NCBI GenBank assembly: GCA_965203295.1
Contig: CBDBCZ010000017.1
Span: 1,344,001 to 1,408,000 of the forward strand
Length of the DNA: 64,000 nucleotides
Direction: 5' to 3'
Origin: Nitrospirales bacterium
GTDB taxonomy: Bacteria; Nitrospirota; Nitrospiria; Nitrospirales; UBA8639
The stretch's first letter is position 1. Every line of letters begins with the position of its first letter. The notes below the pieces were generated by a model that searched no databases, was not told the DNA's origin, and was given only the letters and a program-made list of their open reading frames with translations. The position numbers and the translations under genes were made by a program. Shown here piece by piece: positions 33,712 to 48,022 of this stretch.

Positions 33712-34489
33712 CTTTTTCTCTCAGGACTTTTTTACTCTCTCAGAAAGCTTATCATCTCTTGAAGAGTTTGCAATGCAGCGGTTTCTTGTCTTCTAGCTTG
33801 CCATGCTCGTGTGGTATGGTATGCATAGTGCTAATTAGCCCATCCCACCCTTTTTTTTAAGTGCATAGCTTTGATCTTGGAGATAGGATGGGACCTGACT
33901 CTAGCTAGCTACCTGTACAAGGGGAAAACCCTTCTACTTAAATGAGGTCATTATTTGCCCTGTAATTTCTGAGGTCATCAGAAGTTTACAGGTGTTCACA
34001 CCTGTGTAATACCACTAATTTTAGGGCCATATATATGACCCCCATTTACTGAAATCCTGTACAGAGGCTTGCGGGTTGTTTGTCCAGTGCAATAGGCAAA
34101 TGTAAGTTGATAGTAGAAACTGTAAACTGTTTGCCTTTGATTCTGACAGCCTAACCTAATTAAGTACTTGAGAGCCACTGCCTATTTGCCTTCTCCTGTG
34201 AACAAGCAACTTGCAAACCTCTGTATTACGAAATGGCAGGCTGACCTTCCAGCCTTCCTTGGAGATGAGGTGCTTGTTAACTCATGCTTGTTGCAAAGAG
34301 GAAACTCAGAAACACTTTTTGTGTGATTGCCACTAGATATTAGGTTCATTAATGTGGGTGTGACTAAAAACCTCCCACACAAATAGCTATGGAGTCCCCA
34401 CTTTGTGCATAAAGCCATCTGACTGATGGAAGAGTGAATTTATGGCCCATTATTGCTAATTTGGTCTAAGAGGAGCCTTGCGTGCATCC

Positions 34490-34680
34490 CACATAGCCTC
34501 ATTCTCATGCCATGTAGCCTCATTTCCATGCAACATAGCCCCATTCCCTTACCACATAATTCCATTCCCATACCACACAGCCTCATTCCCATACCACATA
34601 GCCTGATTCCCATTGTGCATAGCCTCATTCCCTTACGCGTAATTCCATTCCCATGCCACATAGCCTCATTCTCACGTCAT
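34490..34680. repeat. ~21-bp minisatellite (ccacatagcctcattcccata)
   Basis: About 9 degenerate units containing TAGCCTCATTCCC. Confidence 0.8.
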
Positions 34681-34839
34681 GTAGTCTCAAACCCCAGCTT
34701 GCCATCCCCCTCAAACTGTGTGTGGGAGACTTCCAGTGGCACTAAGGTAGAAATTTTTTTGTGTTTCCCTAGTTGGAAAGAAAGGGGAAGCCAGGGACCT
34801 CACTGATTAGAACTGATGGGCAGTTAATTTTCAATCGTT

Positions 34840-35094
<255 letters not shown>

Positions 35095-35701
35095 CCCTGT
35101 TTCCAAGCCACTCAGTCAGAAGTATCCACTGTTTGCACACATACGCCATGATTTTATGGGATGTCCCTTCTTTGGCTCTATACTAGTATACGGGTAGTAT
35201 ACAGGTAGTATACCAGTAGAAAAGGAGTAGTATGCATACAGTATACCAATATTGGGCTGGTGTTGAAGTAAGGGATGTATTCAAGAGTAATTTGTATCTT
35301 TGCCTTGGCCAATCCATTAGGACAACAGCAATAGAGACAGTCACAAATTAGCTATTAGGCTATGCTCTAATTCTCACAGCCACCACCTATTGGCTTGAAA
35401 TGATGCCACGTTCATAAATACATGTACTGTGTGGGACATACTTGTATACATGTATAGCTGTATAGAATTTGAGAAGCCAGAAGTTGAGCTGTGATGATTG
35501 TGGAAGGAAGCACAGTGCAAATCATGAATTAGTGTGAGATTGAACTGGGAGGGGCAAACCACTTAGGTGATGACAATTTCAGGAATTGAACTCAAGGTTG
35601 TACACTCAATTACGCTTTCTAGAAGTTAGAACCCTATGATGCTCTTTCTGTGTAAAATTTACACAGAAAATGTGCTGCATATTGTACGTGTCCTTTAGCA
35701 G

Positions 35702-36239
35702 TAGCCTTGTTCCTAGGCCCGCGACTTTCTCGTTTGCACGAAATGCACAATAATCATCACAGGGCCTGGTATCTAAAGTCGTGTGCGCTGGCAAAAAGGT
35801 AGAACAGTAGTAGAACAGTGATTATGAGCATGGGCGAGTACGGTTGCAGCTTTTCTTTGTAGCTCGTTTTGTGCCATGAACTTACCAGCAACTTGTAAGA
35901 AAGTCTCCAGTAAAATGTAGAGCAATGCACGAAGGAAAGTCACAGGGCCTGGTAACTAAAGTTACGTGATCAACTTACGTCATAATCCACTTCGAAAGAC
36001 GGCTGCATTTTACAGGAGACTTTCTTTCAGCAGTGAAAACTATGGCACAAATGGGCTATAAAGAAATGTGGATTCGCTACCTTCACTCGTTGTCTGAGAA
36101 TTGCACATGCACTCGCCCACGCACATAATTACCTTTCTACTACCTTTCTACTCTTGGCCTTGTGCACGTGATTTTAGATCCCAGGCCCTGTGACATCTTT
36201 TGTGTAACTGAAAATGGCACGGGTCTGGGAACAAGGCTA
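35702..36239. mobile_element. TAG...CTA non-autonomous DNA transposon, long subfamily
   Basis: tagccttgttcctaggcccgcg ... cgggtctgggaacaaggcta. The internal sequence is shared with 49022-49367 and 59034-59401 and with partial copies at ~36877-37000 and ~42800-42957. Confidence 0.8.
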
Positions 36240-37534
36240 GTGAACCTAAGCAGCAGCGGTGGCTCAGTTCTGGGTTTATCACACCATGGGCACATTCTGC
36301 TGTTGAGTAGCGACCCACAACAGAAGCCCTATAGGAACTCCTCTTGCATTCCAATGGCCACAGATACAGGTGTTTCAGCTTCCTGTTTTCATAGTCCCTC
36401 CTATTGCATCCACTAGTTTTAACTTTCAATCTTTTATATAGCAGCAATCCAGTGTATACTTTACTGTTGAAAATGTGTAGTGGATTCTACATACCTACAT
36501 GCACCACTCAACCGGTCGATATCCCTCGGTCGATATCCCTCGGGTGCATTGCCTAAGGGGATTGGATTGGTCTGGCTTCTTTAATTGCTATGTCAATATA
36601 TGTTGCTGTTTATCTCACATTACATCATTTCTAATACATTTCATTGGATGAGAGCAGTAGGATATATAGGCACATATCCTATAGTTCTGTACTTCCTTAG
36701 GTACATATTAGTAGCACAACCTCCGGCTACTTCACGATGCTATGTCAATATGTTGCTGTATAACAGGAATATTGGTTCTAAGTGGCTAGACCTTTTTTTG
36801 GTTGTTGTCAATCATTGCCAAGTGGGTTACCATAAAGGCCAGAGTGTGTGTGCTGTGTGGGGTAACTTACTGTATCTAGCCTTGTTCCCAGGCCCGCAAC
36901 TTTTTCTGCTTCATGAAAGCCGTCACAGAGCCTGGGATCTCTAGAGTCTCTGTGTTCAAACTGACGTCAGTATCTGCTTCGAAGGATGGCTGCATTTCTC
37001 ATTACCTAGTCTTCATGACATTCAATCTCTGAAAATAAAGGGGATACAGTAAGTGTACTTAGGCCCAATATGGGGGTACTTTATCACAGGGGAGGGACAC
37101 AGTGCCCCTCTAAAGCAACATAGAGAACCCTGCTTAGAGAGAGTGGAGAGAGTTGAATGCTTAGAGAGAGTGGAGAGAGTTGAAGGAAGCTATAAGACTG
37201 TAAAAATGTACTGCTTGCTGTGTAACGTCTTGCTGGCCTACCAAGATAACATGGCCGTGAGTTGAACTTATAGCGGTCTGTTGCAAATGTATATACTTCA
37301 GTGTCTTGTAGCCTAACTTAGGTCCAGCTCTGTCGCTATAAACGCTGGTATGATCTGGCAGTAGCATCTTGTAGCCTAAGGTCCTGTGGACCCACTCTTG
37401 CAGTAATTAACACTTTTGCTGAAACTTACCTCTGTCGCTATAAACGCTGGTAAGGGGATGTGCTGGGTTTTCCCTCAGCTAGCTGGATGATGTAATTATA
37501 ATTATGTTGATTAAAGCAACCATGTGTTGAAGCT

Positions 37535-37995
37535 AGCTTATGGTTCTTGTTCCTGGTTGACGTGCCAGTTGGTGCAATATTGTCTGTACTGTGATAAGGA
37601 TAGAGGAGGTTGACGTGCCAGTTGGTGCAATATTGTCTGCACTGTGATAAGGATAGAGGAAAGAAGATTTTTGAGAGAGTTCCATAGCAATAGCATATGG
37701 TTCTTGTTCCTGGTTGACGTGCCAGTTGGTGCAATATTGTCTGCACTGTGATAAGGATAGAGGAAAGAAGATTTTTGAGAGAGTTCCATAGCAATAGCAT
37801 ATGGTTCTTGTTCCTGGTTGACGTGCCAGTTGGTGCAATATTGTCTGCACTGTGATAAGGATAGAGGAAAGAAGATTTTTGAGAGAGTTCCATAGCAATA
37901 GCATATGGTTCTTGTTCCTGGTTGACGTGCCAGTTGGTGCAATATTGTCTGCACTGTGATAAGGATAGAGGAAAGAAGATTTTTTGAGAGAGTTC
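37535..37995. repeat. ~104-bp near-perfect tandem repeat, ~4.5 units
   Basis: tatggttcttgttcctggttgacgtgccagttggtgcaatattgtctgcactgtgataaggatagagg recurs at ~37540, 37696, 37800 and 37904, plus a truncated unit at ~37607. Confidence 0.92.
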
Positions 37996-38008
37996 GACAA
38001 TGTACACA

Positions 38009-38131
38009 AAGTGGAGCCCCTCTATGGTGGACACTTTGGAGACCTGGTAAAGTGTCCTGTAAAGAGAGGTGCCCTCATTTCAGAGATGTCCTTATTTCAG
38101 GGGTGTCCTTTAACGGGGGGGGGTTCCACTG
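38009..38131. mobile_element. CAGTGGAACC-family Tc1/mariner-type MITE
   Basis: gtggagcccctct...ggggttccactg|ta with internal ggacac/gtgtcc repeats. Confidence 0.75.
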
Positions 38132-38487
38132 TAGATGTAGACATGGCCATGACACAGTTTATGGTAAGCCGTTCTAGTTTATTCTCACTATGCCTCACCC
38201 CCTAGCCTGGGGGCGTCTCCCCCCCTAGCCTGGGGGCGTCTCCCCCTCTGTTCTCTAATGGAGAGAGGATGTGGAAACTTTCCTAAAGTGACTCTCTCTC
38301 TTCTCAAGTTGTAATCACATGTGCCATATTTGGCAAGGCATTTCCTCTTATGGAAACTCTACAGAATGTCACATGTATGATTGCGCTGCCATAGTAACCA
38401 TAGAAGCCTGTTGTTTTACTAGTGTAATATAAAGGTGGTAAAGTGATTGAGAGTGTAACGTATTATACTTAAACAGGTCCCAATATG

Positions 38488-38656
38488 CATGGAACCCCTC
38501 TAATGTGGACTCCTTGGGGACCTGGTAAAGCGTCCTGTATAGAGAGTTGTCCTCATTTTAGGGGTAAATTTAAAGCATGTTTGGGACACAGCCAATTAGT
38601 GTCCTTAATGCAGAGTGTCCTTATTTCAGTGGTGTCCTTTAAGAGAGGTTCCACTG
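38488..38656. mobile_element. CAGTGGAACC-family MITE
   Basis: tggaacccctct...agaggttccactg|ta. Confidence 0.75.
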
Positions 38657-38814
38657 TAATATAAATGTCAAACTTGTCCAATGGTGCCGTGTCCTGTCCT
38701 ATCTCCTTTGTGTATAGTCCCAAAATACTCTGACAATCCCTGTACACACAGGACTATCCTAACAGCGTGCCCTTATCACAGGAGCAATCCTGTATTATAT
38801 GCCGGAGTATCACT

Positions 38815-39040
38815 GGCTCACAAATGTAGATAGTTAACTTGCTCACAAATGTAGATAATTCACTCGCTCACAAATGTAGATAGTTCACTTGCTCACAAAT
38901 GTTGATAGTTCACTCGCTCACAAATGTAGATAGTTCACTCGCTCACAAATGTAGATAGTTCACTCGCTCACAAATGTAGATAGTTCACTTGCTCACAAAT
39001 GTAGATAGTTCACTCGCTCACAAATGTAGATAGTTCACTG
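38815..39040. repeat. 25-bp minisatellite gctcacaaatgtagatagttcact(c/t), ~9 units
   Basis: Read directly. Confidence 0.92.
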
Positions 39041-39824
39041 TATGAATTGACCTTTACTGTTGTAGGAGTTGCCTCTAGAGATAGTCCGCTAATAGGAATG
39101 CATCCTCCCCCAACCAATTAGGGAAGATAAACAAAAGCGAATGAATATACAATGACTGCGTTATTCATCGTTGTTGTGGTTACTTGTTGCTGGAGATAAA
39201 CTCCCAACAAGTGTTTGTTTTGTTTTTTTTGCCAAAGCTTGTACGTGTGTAATAGCTGGCGTTGCTCTAGGCCCGTGCTCGCTAGCACAGTCGATCACAA
39301 GTAGAATACAATTTGGGCCAGGCATATGCATACTCGGGACACATCTGCGTCATTAAGACAGCAATCAGCCACACCCACACTTTGGGAACGACCATACACG
39401 AGCGCTGTACACTTTTGAGTACGGCTATACAGCCAGCTGCACTGTATCAGCAGCACAAGTCTGGGATCCATTCAGGTCCCATTTGTGAATTATTTAGTGC
39501 AGTGTATGTCTTTACTAGAGACTTCTAGTTGCGTGAAGCCAGGCCTGCCTATATGCTTAAGAATAATTCTTGCAATAATTATATGGCCGGACAATTTTTT
39601 CTTTTTACCACTGACAAATACTGCAAAGTACTCTACAAGAATAACCTTGTACTGTAATCTGATGCTGTGTCATTAAGAGAAATTGCATTTCCTGGGTCTA
39701 AAGGTGATTGCGTAGGTAAATAATTGCAATTTGTATCAATAGAAGCCTACAAAAATGCATAGTTTAATAGATGCAAATCTGTGACCTGGCTATGAATTGC
39801 CAACTCACTTACATCAAAAGTCTG

Positions 39825-39992
39825 CAGTGGAACCCCTCTTAAAGGACAACTTTGAAATAAGGACACCCATGGACACTTTGCTATGTCCCAAATATGCTGT
39901 CTTAATACATGTATAATCCTAATGAGGACACCTCACTATACAGGACAGTGAGGACACTTCACCAAGGTGTCCACAATAGAGGGGTTCCACTG
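39825..39992. mobile_element. CAGTGGAACC-family MITE
   Basis: TIR cagtggaacccctct / agaggggttccactg. Confidence 0.85.
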
Positions 39993-40752
39993 TATATCTC
40001 TTTCTAGCTAGGATATAGGCCTTGCTAGCAAATGGTTTCCAGTGCATACCAGGCAGATAAAGGCAGCAGGTGAATGTAGAATTGATCCTCCATTTAAAAG
40101 GCTTTCCAAGAAGGGTTTTAAAAAACACTGATTTTGTTAACCACCCTGAGCTGATGGCCACTGCAGCTTGTAATGTGTGAACACACTCTCCCTTCATGGT
40201 GAAGGGGAAAGTGCTGACATAAGCAGTTATTAAGAGAAAACATAGAAACTGAAAGTAGACCCTTGGAGTCCATGGGTCATTTTGGAAGATTTAGTCAACA
40301 GTGGGGGGTCAATATGAACAATTGTCAAGGGTGGGGGTCATTGTGAGTAATTGTCGATAGTGGTGGAGGGGGGCATTTTATACAATTGTTGGGGGGGGGG
40401 GGGCATTTTGAACAACTGTCAAGGGGGTTATTATGAACAGTTGTTAAGGGGGGGGGTGAAAAAGTAGAATGCTGACGACTTTGGTGGGGCATGCTTTAGT
40501 AACTGGGACCTATAGATGGACCCCAAAATACCCTTGGGGGCATTAAAATCTTCTATACTGCCAGTGAGCATGCAAGGTTGTGGCTGAGCCAAGTGCCTTG
40601 CAGTTAGCTGGGCTAGAATAACCCTCTGCAACAGCACTTGTAGCTCTCCCGGTGAGATCACCTTAGACTGGTTACGCACACTTACAGCCAAGAGGGCCAA
40701 CCAGCTAGCCGTGATGGGAATGTTTATGCTCGGGATAGCAGGAAACGTTGTA

Positions 40753-40916
40753 CAGTGTAATCCTTAAAGGGACACCCCTGAAATCGAGACACTTCTGTTT
40801 TAAGGCTATATATCCAAAAATTTGCTTCTCAATTTACCTCTGAAATGAGGACACCTCTCTCTATACAGGACACTTCACCAGGTCCCCAAGGTGTCCACAA
40901 TGGAGGGGTTCCACTG
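40753..40916. mobile_element. CAGTGGAACC-family MITE
   Basis: ta|cagtgtaatcc...ggggttccactg|ta. Confidence 0.8.
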
Positions 40917-41775
40917 TATTTGGTGTGGTATTGTCTGTCAACAGTCTGCAAACTAAGTGGCCAAAAGTGTGTGTTGTTGTTGCGACTACAGCCTCTTGCC
41001 CAGGCTATAAATAGCAATTGTTCAAAATGACTCCCCACTCCCCTAACAATTGTTCAAAATGACCCTTCCCCCCCCCCCCCCTTAACAATTGTACCAAGTG
41101 ACCCCCACCCCTCAGGGGTGGAGAAAAGTGCTTGGTACACACACTGATTGTGCAATCTCTAACAGTTTTCCCAGAAATTGTCCTGGGAATTGGAGACTAG
41201 CAGGCCACCCTGTAATGTTATCCTTGGCAACCAGCAGGAGGCTATATATGTATGAGGTCATTATAAGCTGTGAGGGAAGGCCTGGGTACGAGGCTAGTAA
41301 TATTATCCTTGGCAACCAGCAGGAGGCTATATATGTATGAGGTCGTTATAAATCGTGGCGTGTACTTCTGTGACGTCACTTCAATCCCATGCACTGCATC
41401 TGACGTAAGCGATGGCACGCATCACGTGACGCTTACTTCCAGGCCTTAACCACGCTTTTTGCTACGGCTGCGAAAAAAGCTGTGAGGGAAGGCCTGGGTA
41501 CGAGGCTAGTAATGTTATCCTTGGCAACCAGCAGGAGGCTAAACATGTATGTTTAACTTTTCCTGTAACTGAGGTTTCAGCTGGTACAATTAATCTGATG
41601 GCTTTGTTGATCTCTCATGTACTGTTACAGGTGATCATGTAAGACTTGGTGTTCTGTACTGGTGCTTGTGGCAGCTGTAGACTACAGGTGATCTTGTAAG
41701 ACTTGGTGTTCTGTACTGGTGCTTGTGGCAGCTGTAGACTATGTACAGGGGTCTTGTTTCTGCTGGGGCAATAGA

Positions 41776-42333
41776 TAGGGCTGAGCCTATTATGCTCAAA
41801 AAGTACCTATTATGCATATGCTGCACTGCTCCAAAAATCTTTCCTATTGCAATGGTCGGCAGTGGTCCGGTCTAACCACCACTCAGCCTTTTTGACCACC
41901 ACTCAGCTAATGTTTAACTCTATTTACAGTATTTGTAATATAGGAGAAAGTCTGTTTAGCTAATAGAAGTGTCTTGGAGATTGCATTTTGACCACCACTC
42001 AATGTCTCCTAGGCAGAACCTTGCTATTATGCTCAATAAATGCCTCAAATTATGCTTACTAAATGTGACCCTCACAGCAAAAAACAACCATCTGGACTGT
42101 TTCAAGTATGCTTGGGTGATGTGCATTTTCATAATTTTAGTATGTTTGCTGATATTGGACCACTCCCCTCAAGGTTTGACGGTAAGACATTGGTAGCTTG
42201 CTGAGTTTCCGCTACACATTAATTAAATGACGTAATTTCCCCAAGAAATTTACCTATTATGCTCGCATTATGCTCAATGCTTTTGCGTACCTATTATGCT
42301 CATTTTAATGCCGGCATAATCGGCTCACCCCTA
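41776..42333. mobile_element. hAT-type MITE with a perfect 8-bp TSD
   Basis: gcaataga|tagggctgagcctattatgc...gcataatcggctcaccccta|gcaataga, with subterminal cctattatgctc repeats. Confidence 0.88.
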
Positions 42334-42335
42334 GC

Positions 42336-42549
42336 AATAGATCCTTTCCCAGATAGAATGGGAGGGGGGGGGGGGGGGGTTAAGAGGCACTAAATGGAGA
42401 AAATTACATGGAAACGTGCATGTTTTTGTGCTTTCATGTAAATTTTATCACAAAACATTCATGTTTCCATGTGAATTTTTCATAATTATGTGACTACTTT
42501 TATCCCCCCCCCCCCCCCCCCCCCCCATCATCATGGTAAAGGGTCTATT
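42336..42549. mobile_element. AATAGACC...GGTCTATT palindromic MITE (second copy ~48655-48837)
   Basis: aatagatcctttcc / ggtaaagggtctatt ends. The internal gaggcactaaatggagaaa...gtgcatgtttttgtgctttcatgtaaatttta is shared with 48686-48748. Confidence 0.65.
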
Positions 42550-42579
42550 GTTTCATTTTGTTGTCTGTTAATGAATGTC

Positions 42580-42614
<35 letters not shown>

Positions 42615-43187
42615 AGAGTCTGATAGTGGTATCTACATGTAATTACTTGTGGTATGCTATACACAACAACTTCCTAATATGGTCCCATCTCACTATTGAT
42701 TAGCATAATGAGCATATGTGTGGAGAGTGCTTTTATTGGAGTTTAGTTTTACCACAGACTATGTTGCAACGATGCGTTTATGCATTAACGGACTGTGAAG
42801 ACAAGCTACAGGAAGTGTAGATTCACTACCTTCACTCGTTGTCTGAGAATTACAACTGTACTCGCCCACGCTCATAATTACCGTTCTACTACCTTTCTAC
42901 TCCTGGCCTCGCGCACGTGACTTTAGATCCCAGGCCCTGTGACAGCTTTCGTGTAACTTGTCTGCTGTGAATTTTAACCCGAGGTCCTCTGTTAGGCTCT
43001 GTACCACCTCTGAATTTAGTGATAGTCTGTTTGGCTTCCTTTCTGAGTTTTCCTGTGGTTGTTGTTGAGGTCAGTTGTTTTGTGTTTTTAGTAACAGTTG
43101 TAGTTTCAGTGGCATGTAATGAGATGTAGGGAAGCCTTGCAAGTTCTCATTAGGATCAGGTTTCAGAATTCAAAAAAGGGCCAGCCT

Positions 43188-43347
<160 letters not shown>

Positions 43348-44033
43348 ATCACTGTAACTCCTTTGAGTGCGATAGGCATATTTATAGGCTTAGTAATAGT
43401 AATTACTTCCATATATGACAACAGGCATATATATATACGCCTAGCAATAACTTCCATCCAAAACAACAAGGGGTTAGACCCTGCCAATAAAGCTACGCAG
43501 CAGTAGGAAGCTAAGACTTTACTCTCTCTTATGAATAAGATCGACCTTTCACACACGTGTGTAGCAGCACATTCAGTGGAATTGCTTATTTATCTGCACT
43601 CTATTGAAACTCCAATTGTGCAGCAGTTAGTGCTCAGGCCCAGACTGTATACATTGAAGGTTACTGGGGCCCAGACTATATACATTGAAGGTTACTGGGG
43701 CCCAGACTATATACATTGAAGGTTACTGTGGTGTACCTGACTGACTATATGCCCACTGCTGGCGTGTGACTCTGTGGGTCTCTTTATGGTAGAGTGTGTA
43801 TACCCTGATTTGTATGGGCTAGTGCACCCTGTTCCTTAGTTGCCTGTTGTAGCCTCATTCCCAGTCTCTATTCCCAAGTTTTCCCCCCAGGCCCATTCCC
43901 ATGCGGTTTTGTGGGTGATGTGTGTAGCCTCATTCCCAGTCTACATTCCCAAGCAGTTTCCTAGGCCCATCCCATGCAGGTTTGTACGTGATTTAGTTGG
44001 TGTATGTAGCCTCATTCCCAGTTCGTTTTCCCC

Positions 44034-44065
<32 letters not shown>

Positions 44066-44546
44066 AGGATCATTCCCATGCAGGTTTGTTTAGGCCATAT
44101 ACATGTATGTAACCTCATTCCCGGGTTCTATTCCCCAATTCAATGATTCCCTGTTATTGCCATAGTTACTTCTAGTCTGGTTCCCAGTTTCTACGATCAT
44201 TCCATGTTTTCTTTTCTGGTCTCATTCCCAGTTTTCCAATCCCCAGCTATTAGTTTGTTCAGTGGATGGACAAAGAGTCAGTAGCTTGCCAAAACTTCTA
44301 TACTTGTCTGCTCTCATTCCTGTTGCTTCACTTAGGGACGGTACGTGGATTAGCATTGGGTTTCATTATAGGCATGCTTGTCATATTTTTAAAGAGTAAC
44401 GGTACCATGCATAGTATGTGAGATACCTTGGTGCACACTCTCTCCTAATGGTTGAGTGAGAGTGCAATAGTGTACATGTGTGGCCGAGCTCATACTTATG
44501 GGCTAGAGCACGTCACTACATGCATGTAGTATTTATAGGGTGGCTA

Positions 44547-44722
44547 CAGTGGAACCCCTCTATTGTGGACACCTTGAGAACCTAGTGAAGTGTCCTGCAT
44601 AGAGAGGTGTCTTCATTTCAGGGGCATATTTCTATAAAGAAAGTGTGTCCGGGACATGGCAAAGTGTCCTAAATACCGAAGTGGCCATACTTCAGGGGTG
44701 TCCTTTAAGAGGTGTTCCACTG
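44547..44722. mobile_element. CAGTGGAACC-family MITE
   Basis: ta|cagtggaacccctct...agaggtgttccactg|ta. Further copies lie at 45614-45734, ~46055-46198 and ~57098-57245. Confidence 0.85.
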
Positions 44723-47149
44723 TATATAGTATTTGAAGTGTGACTATATAGTACTTGAAAGGTGAATATATGTATTTTGTACATGTCACACACAAGCCAT
44801 CATATTTAGGCCACACCCTCTACCCCACCCATGTACCAAGTAGGTTTGATCATGGCTGGCATGTTCTATGAGCCCGAAGCATGCCACCCGTGATCAAACC
44901 TATCCATATAGTATTTCAAAGACTATAGTATCTGAAAGGTGCATGACCATAATTATAGTATTTGAAATGTTCTGTAAGAGTTCCATCTGCAGGGTGTTTA
45001 GAGAATTTGATGTCGCTGTAGTCCCTAATTAGAGCCAAGTGATTCTCTCCAGGTGCTAACTTCTGCTGCTTGTGATGGCTGCCAACTGAGATGTTTATTT
45101 TTCTTTCGCAAATTGACTGCTTTTCGGGAGGCATGGCGACCGTACATCTTTAGTCGGCGTGCGGTTGTGGTGCCTAGGCACGTACTTGTACTTGTGAAGG
45201 GCTTGATATTGCATGGCATTCTGTGGCTGCCAATTGGATAATTATTTCACCAGCCAGTACATGTATTTGGGTAATCATGAGTGAGCCCCCACGCTAGTGT
45301 GTTCAGTTGAGAATTTGATCTGCATGTGCATGCATACGTACATGCGTCCACATACATGTACCCCATATCATTGACCTCCACGGTTTCCAATACAACATTT
45401 GAGAAGTTTCACATATCTATGATCTTATTTAACGTTCGAAACTTTTACATGGCAACAGCACTCACTGCATTAATTGTGCCTTGTCGTGCCCGCATGCATG
45501 GACTAGCCTGCAGTAAGAAAGGGAGACTGCCATAATTAGAGGCTACAGCGGAAGAGGGAGTTTAGCTAAGCCTTAGATCCCTGTGAAGATACAGAGCTGG
45601 GAACTTAGAATTACAGTGGAACACCTCAAATGTGGGGACCTGGTAAAGTGTCCCTCATTTCAGGTGTAAATGAAGCGTATTTGAGACACAGCAAAGTGTC
45701 CTCACCTTATTTTAAGGGTGTCTTTTACCCACTGTAACATAATTGGGTAGTGTCCTGGTAATAGACTGCATTTCGAAACAATGGTCTGCTAATTATATCA
45801 ATTAACTCACTAACAATGGCACAGCCATATGTAGGTAAGTGCACTGGCAATGCCATAAGTAATTGGCTAGCTGACCGACCACTTTATCCAGGCAGAGTAG
45901 CAATTGGAAGTAGTCCAGATAGAAGTCTCCTTCCCACGCAGGCCTCTGCTTAGGTTTGGGAATGAGACTACATGGAGATCGGAACTTCGAGAATCCCTCC
46001 TTTTTAGTTTTACTAAAAATGTCTGAGTGCATATGTATATCTTAATTATTGTAGATTTACCCCTGAAATGAGGACATCTCTCTATACAGGACACTCCCAA
46101 GGTGTCCACAATAGAGGGGTTCCTAAAATGACGACACCTCTTTATGCAGGTCACTTCACCAGGTCCCCAAGGTGTCCACAAAATAGAGGGTACCACTTTA
46201 GCTCCCTTGAGGTTGTGTACCTGTACAGGCAGTTGTGAGGTATGGAGAAGCCCCAACCATGCAGGAAGTGTGGTTGTGTTATGCCTGCCCTTAATTGCCT
46301 TCTAGCTGGCTTCCTGCCTGTGGGCTGCATTTGGAATTTCACCTATTTTGCAAGTCATTGTGAAGTTTCATGATTTTGCAAGTCATCGCGAAGTTTCATC
46401 AATCCCAAGCCGAAGTTCAGCAGAAGTTCTTTTTATGTTGCTGATGTTTCGACTGCAGTGTTGTAGTCTTCTTTGAAGAAGACTACAACACTGTAGCTAT
46501 TAAAAATTAAAAGAGCATCCCTCCATAATCTGGAACTCAGAGAAACTGAAAGTGTAGAATTCCATTGTTTGTTTTCTATATTGGATTATGCAGAGGTTTG
46601 CAGGTTTGTTGACAGTTGTCCAGTGCAATAAGTAAATGGAAGTTGACTGTGTAAACTGTTTAGCCTTTGATTCTGACAGCCTACCCTAATTAAGTACTTG
46701 AGAGCCGCTGCCTATTTGCCCTCTCCTGCTTGCGAACCTCCGTTTTTGCTTCTCTGTGATCCCCTCCTTCGATTACGCCAAATAAGTACTTCACATTTCA
46801 ATCTTTTCACTTGGTAGTGTACATACATGCTATTTAATACCATATCGCATGTACTCCCAACATTTTTCGTACATGTACATGTACCAAACAGAAAATACTC
46901 CATGAGAGGCCAACGAGGGAGGGAGGCCATACTTACGGTGCCATATAACTTACTTGGCTGACATAAAACAGTAATAGACTGTGTTTGAGTGGGCTGTGGT
47001 GTGTTGACACAACTCAGAGTTTATCAGAGATCAGTATTCATATCCTAGAGTGTGTGCAAGTATGTAAACTGTATATACTTGGGGTCAACCTCTAAACTTT
47101 ACACAGTAACTGTGCTCACTTAGGCATAAATTTACTACTTTACTTTTTC

Positions 47150-47907
47150 CCCACATTCCCATATCTCATACTCTCATCCCCATGTCTCATGCTCTATCTC
47201 AGCCTCATCCCCATGTCTCATACTCTATCTTAGCCTCATCCCCATGTCTCATGCTCTATCTCAGCCTCATCCCCATGTCTCATGCTCTATCTCATACTCT
47301 CATCCCCATGTCTCATGCTCTATCTTAGCCTCATCCCCATGTCTCATACTCTATCTTAGCCTCATTCCCATGTCTCATGCTCTATCTTAGCCTCATCCCC
47401 ATGTCTCATACTCTATCTTAGCTTCATTCCCATGTCTCATGCTCTATCTTAGCCTCATCCCCATGTCTCATACTCTATCTCATACTCTCATCCCCATGTC
47501 TCATGCTCTATCTTAGCCTCATCCCCATGTCTCATACTCTATCTTAGCCTCATTCCCATGTCTCATACTCTATCTTAGCCTCATCCCCGTGTCTCATACT
47601 CTATCTTAGCCTCATCCCCGTGTCTCATACTCTATCTTAGCCTCATCCCTATGTCTCATACTCTATCTTAGCCTCATCCCCATGTCTCATACTCTATCTC
47701 ATACTCTCATCCCTATGTCTCATACTCTATCTTAGCCTCATCCCCATGTCTCGTACTCTATCTCATACTCTCATCCCCATGTCTCATACTCTATCTCATA
47801 CTCTCATCCCCATGTCTTATACTCTATCTTAGCCTCATCCCCATGTCTCATACTCTATCTTAGCCTCATCCCCATGTCTTATACTCTATCTTAGCCTCAC
47901 CCCCATG
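47150..47907. repeat. ~31-bp minisatellite tagcctcatccccatgtctcatactctatct
   Basis: About 23 units. Confidence 0.93.
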
Positions 47908-48022
47908 TGTGTGTGTGATATGCGGTGTGAACGTGGTGTGGGCATGTCAGCCATTACCCAATAGTTGTATGCTTAGCTTCCCACTTAGAAACTCAAACAA
48001 CTTTGAAAGTCTGTATGATATA

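Noticed and set aside
37438..38034. Three overlapping 138-198-aa ORFs
   Set aside because: They arise from a ~104-bp tandem repeat open in all minus frames, with no protein-like features.
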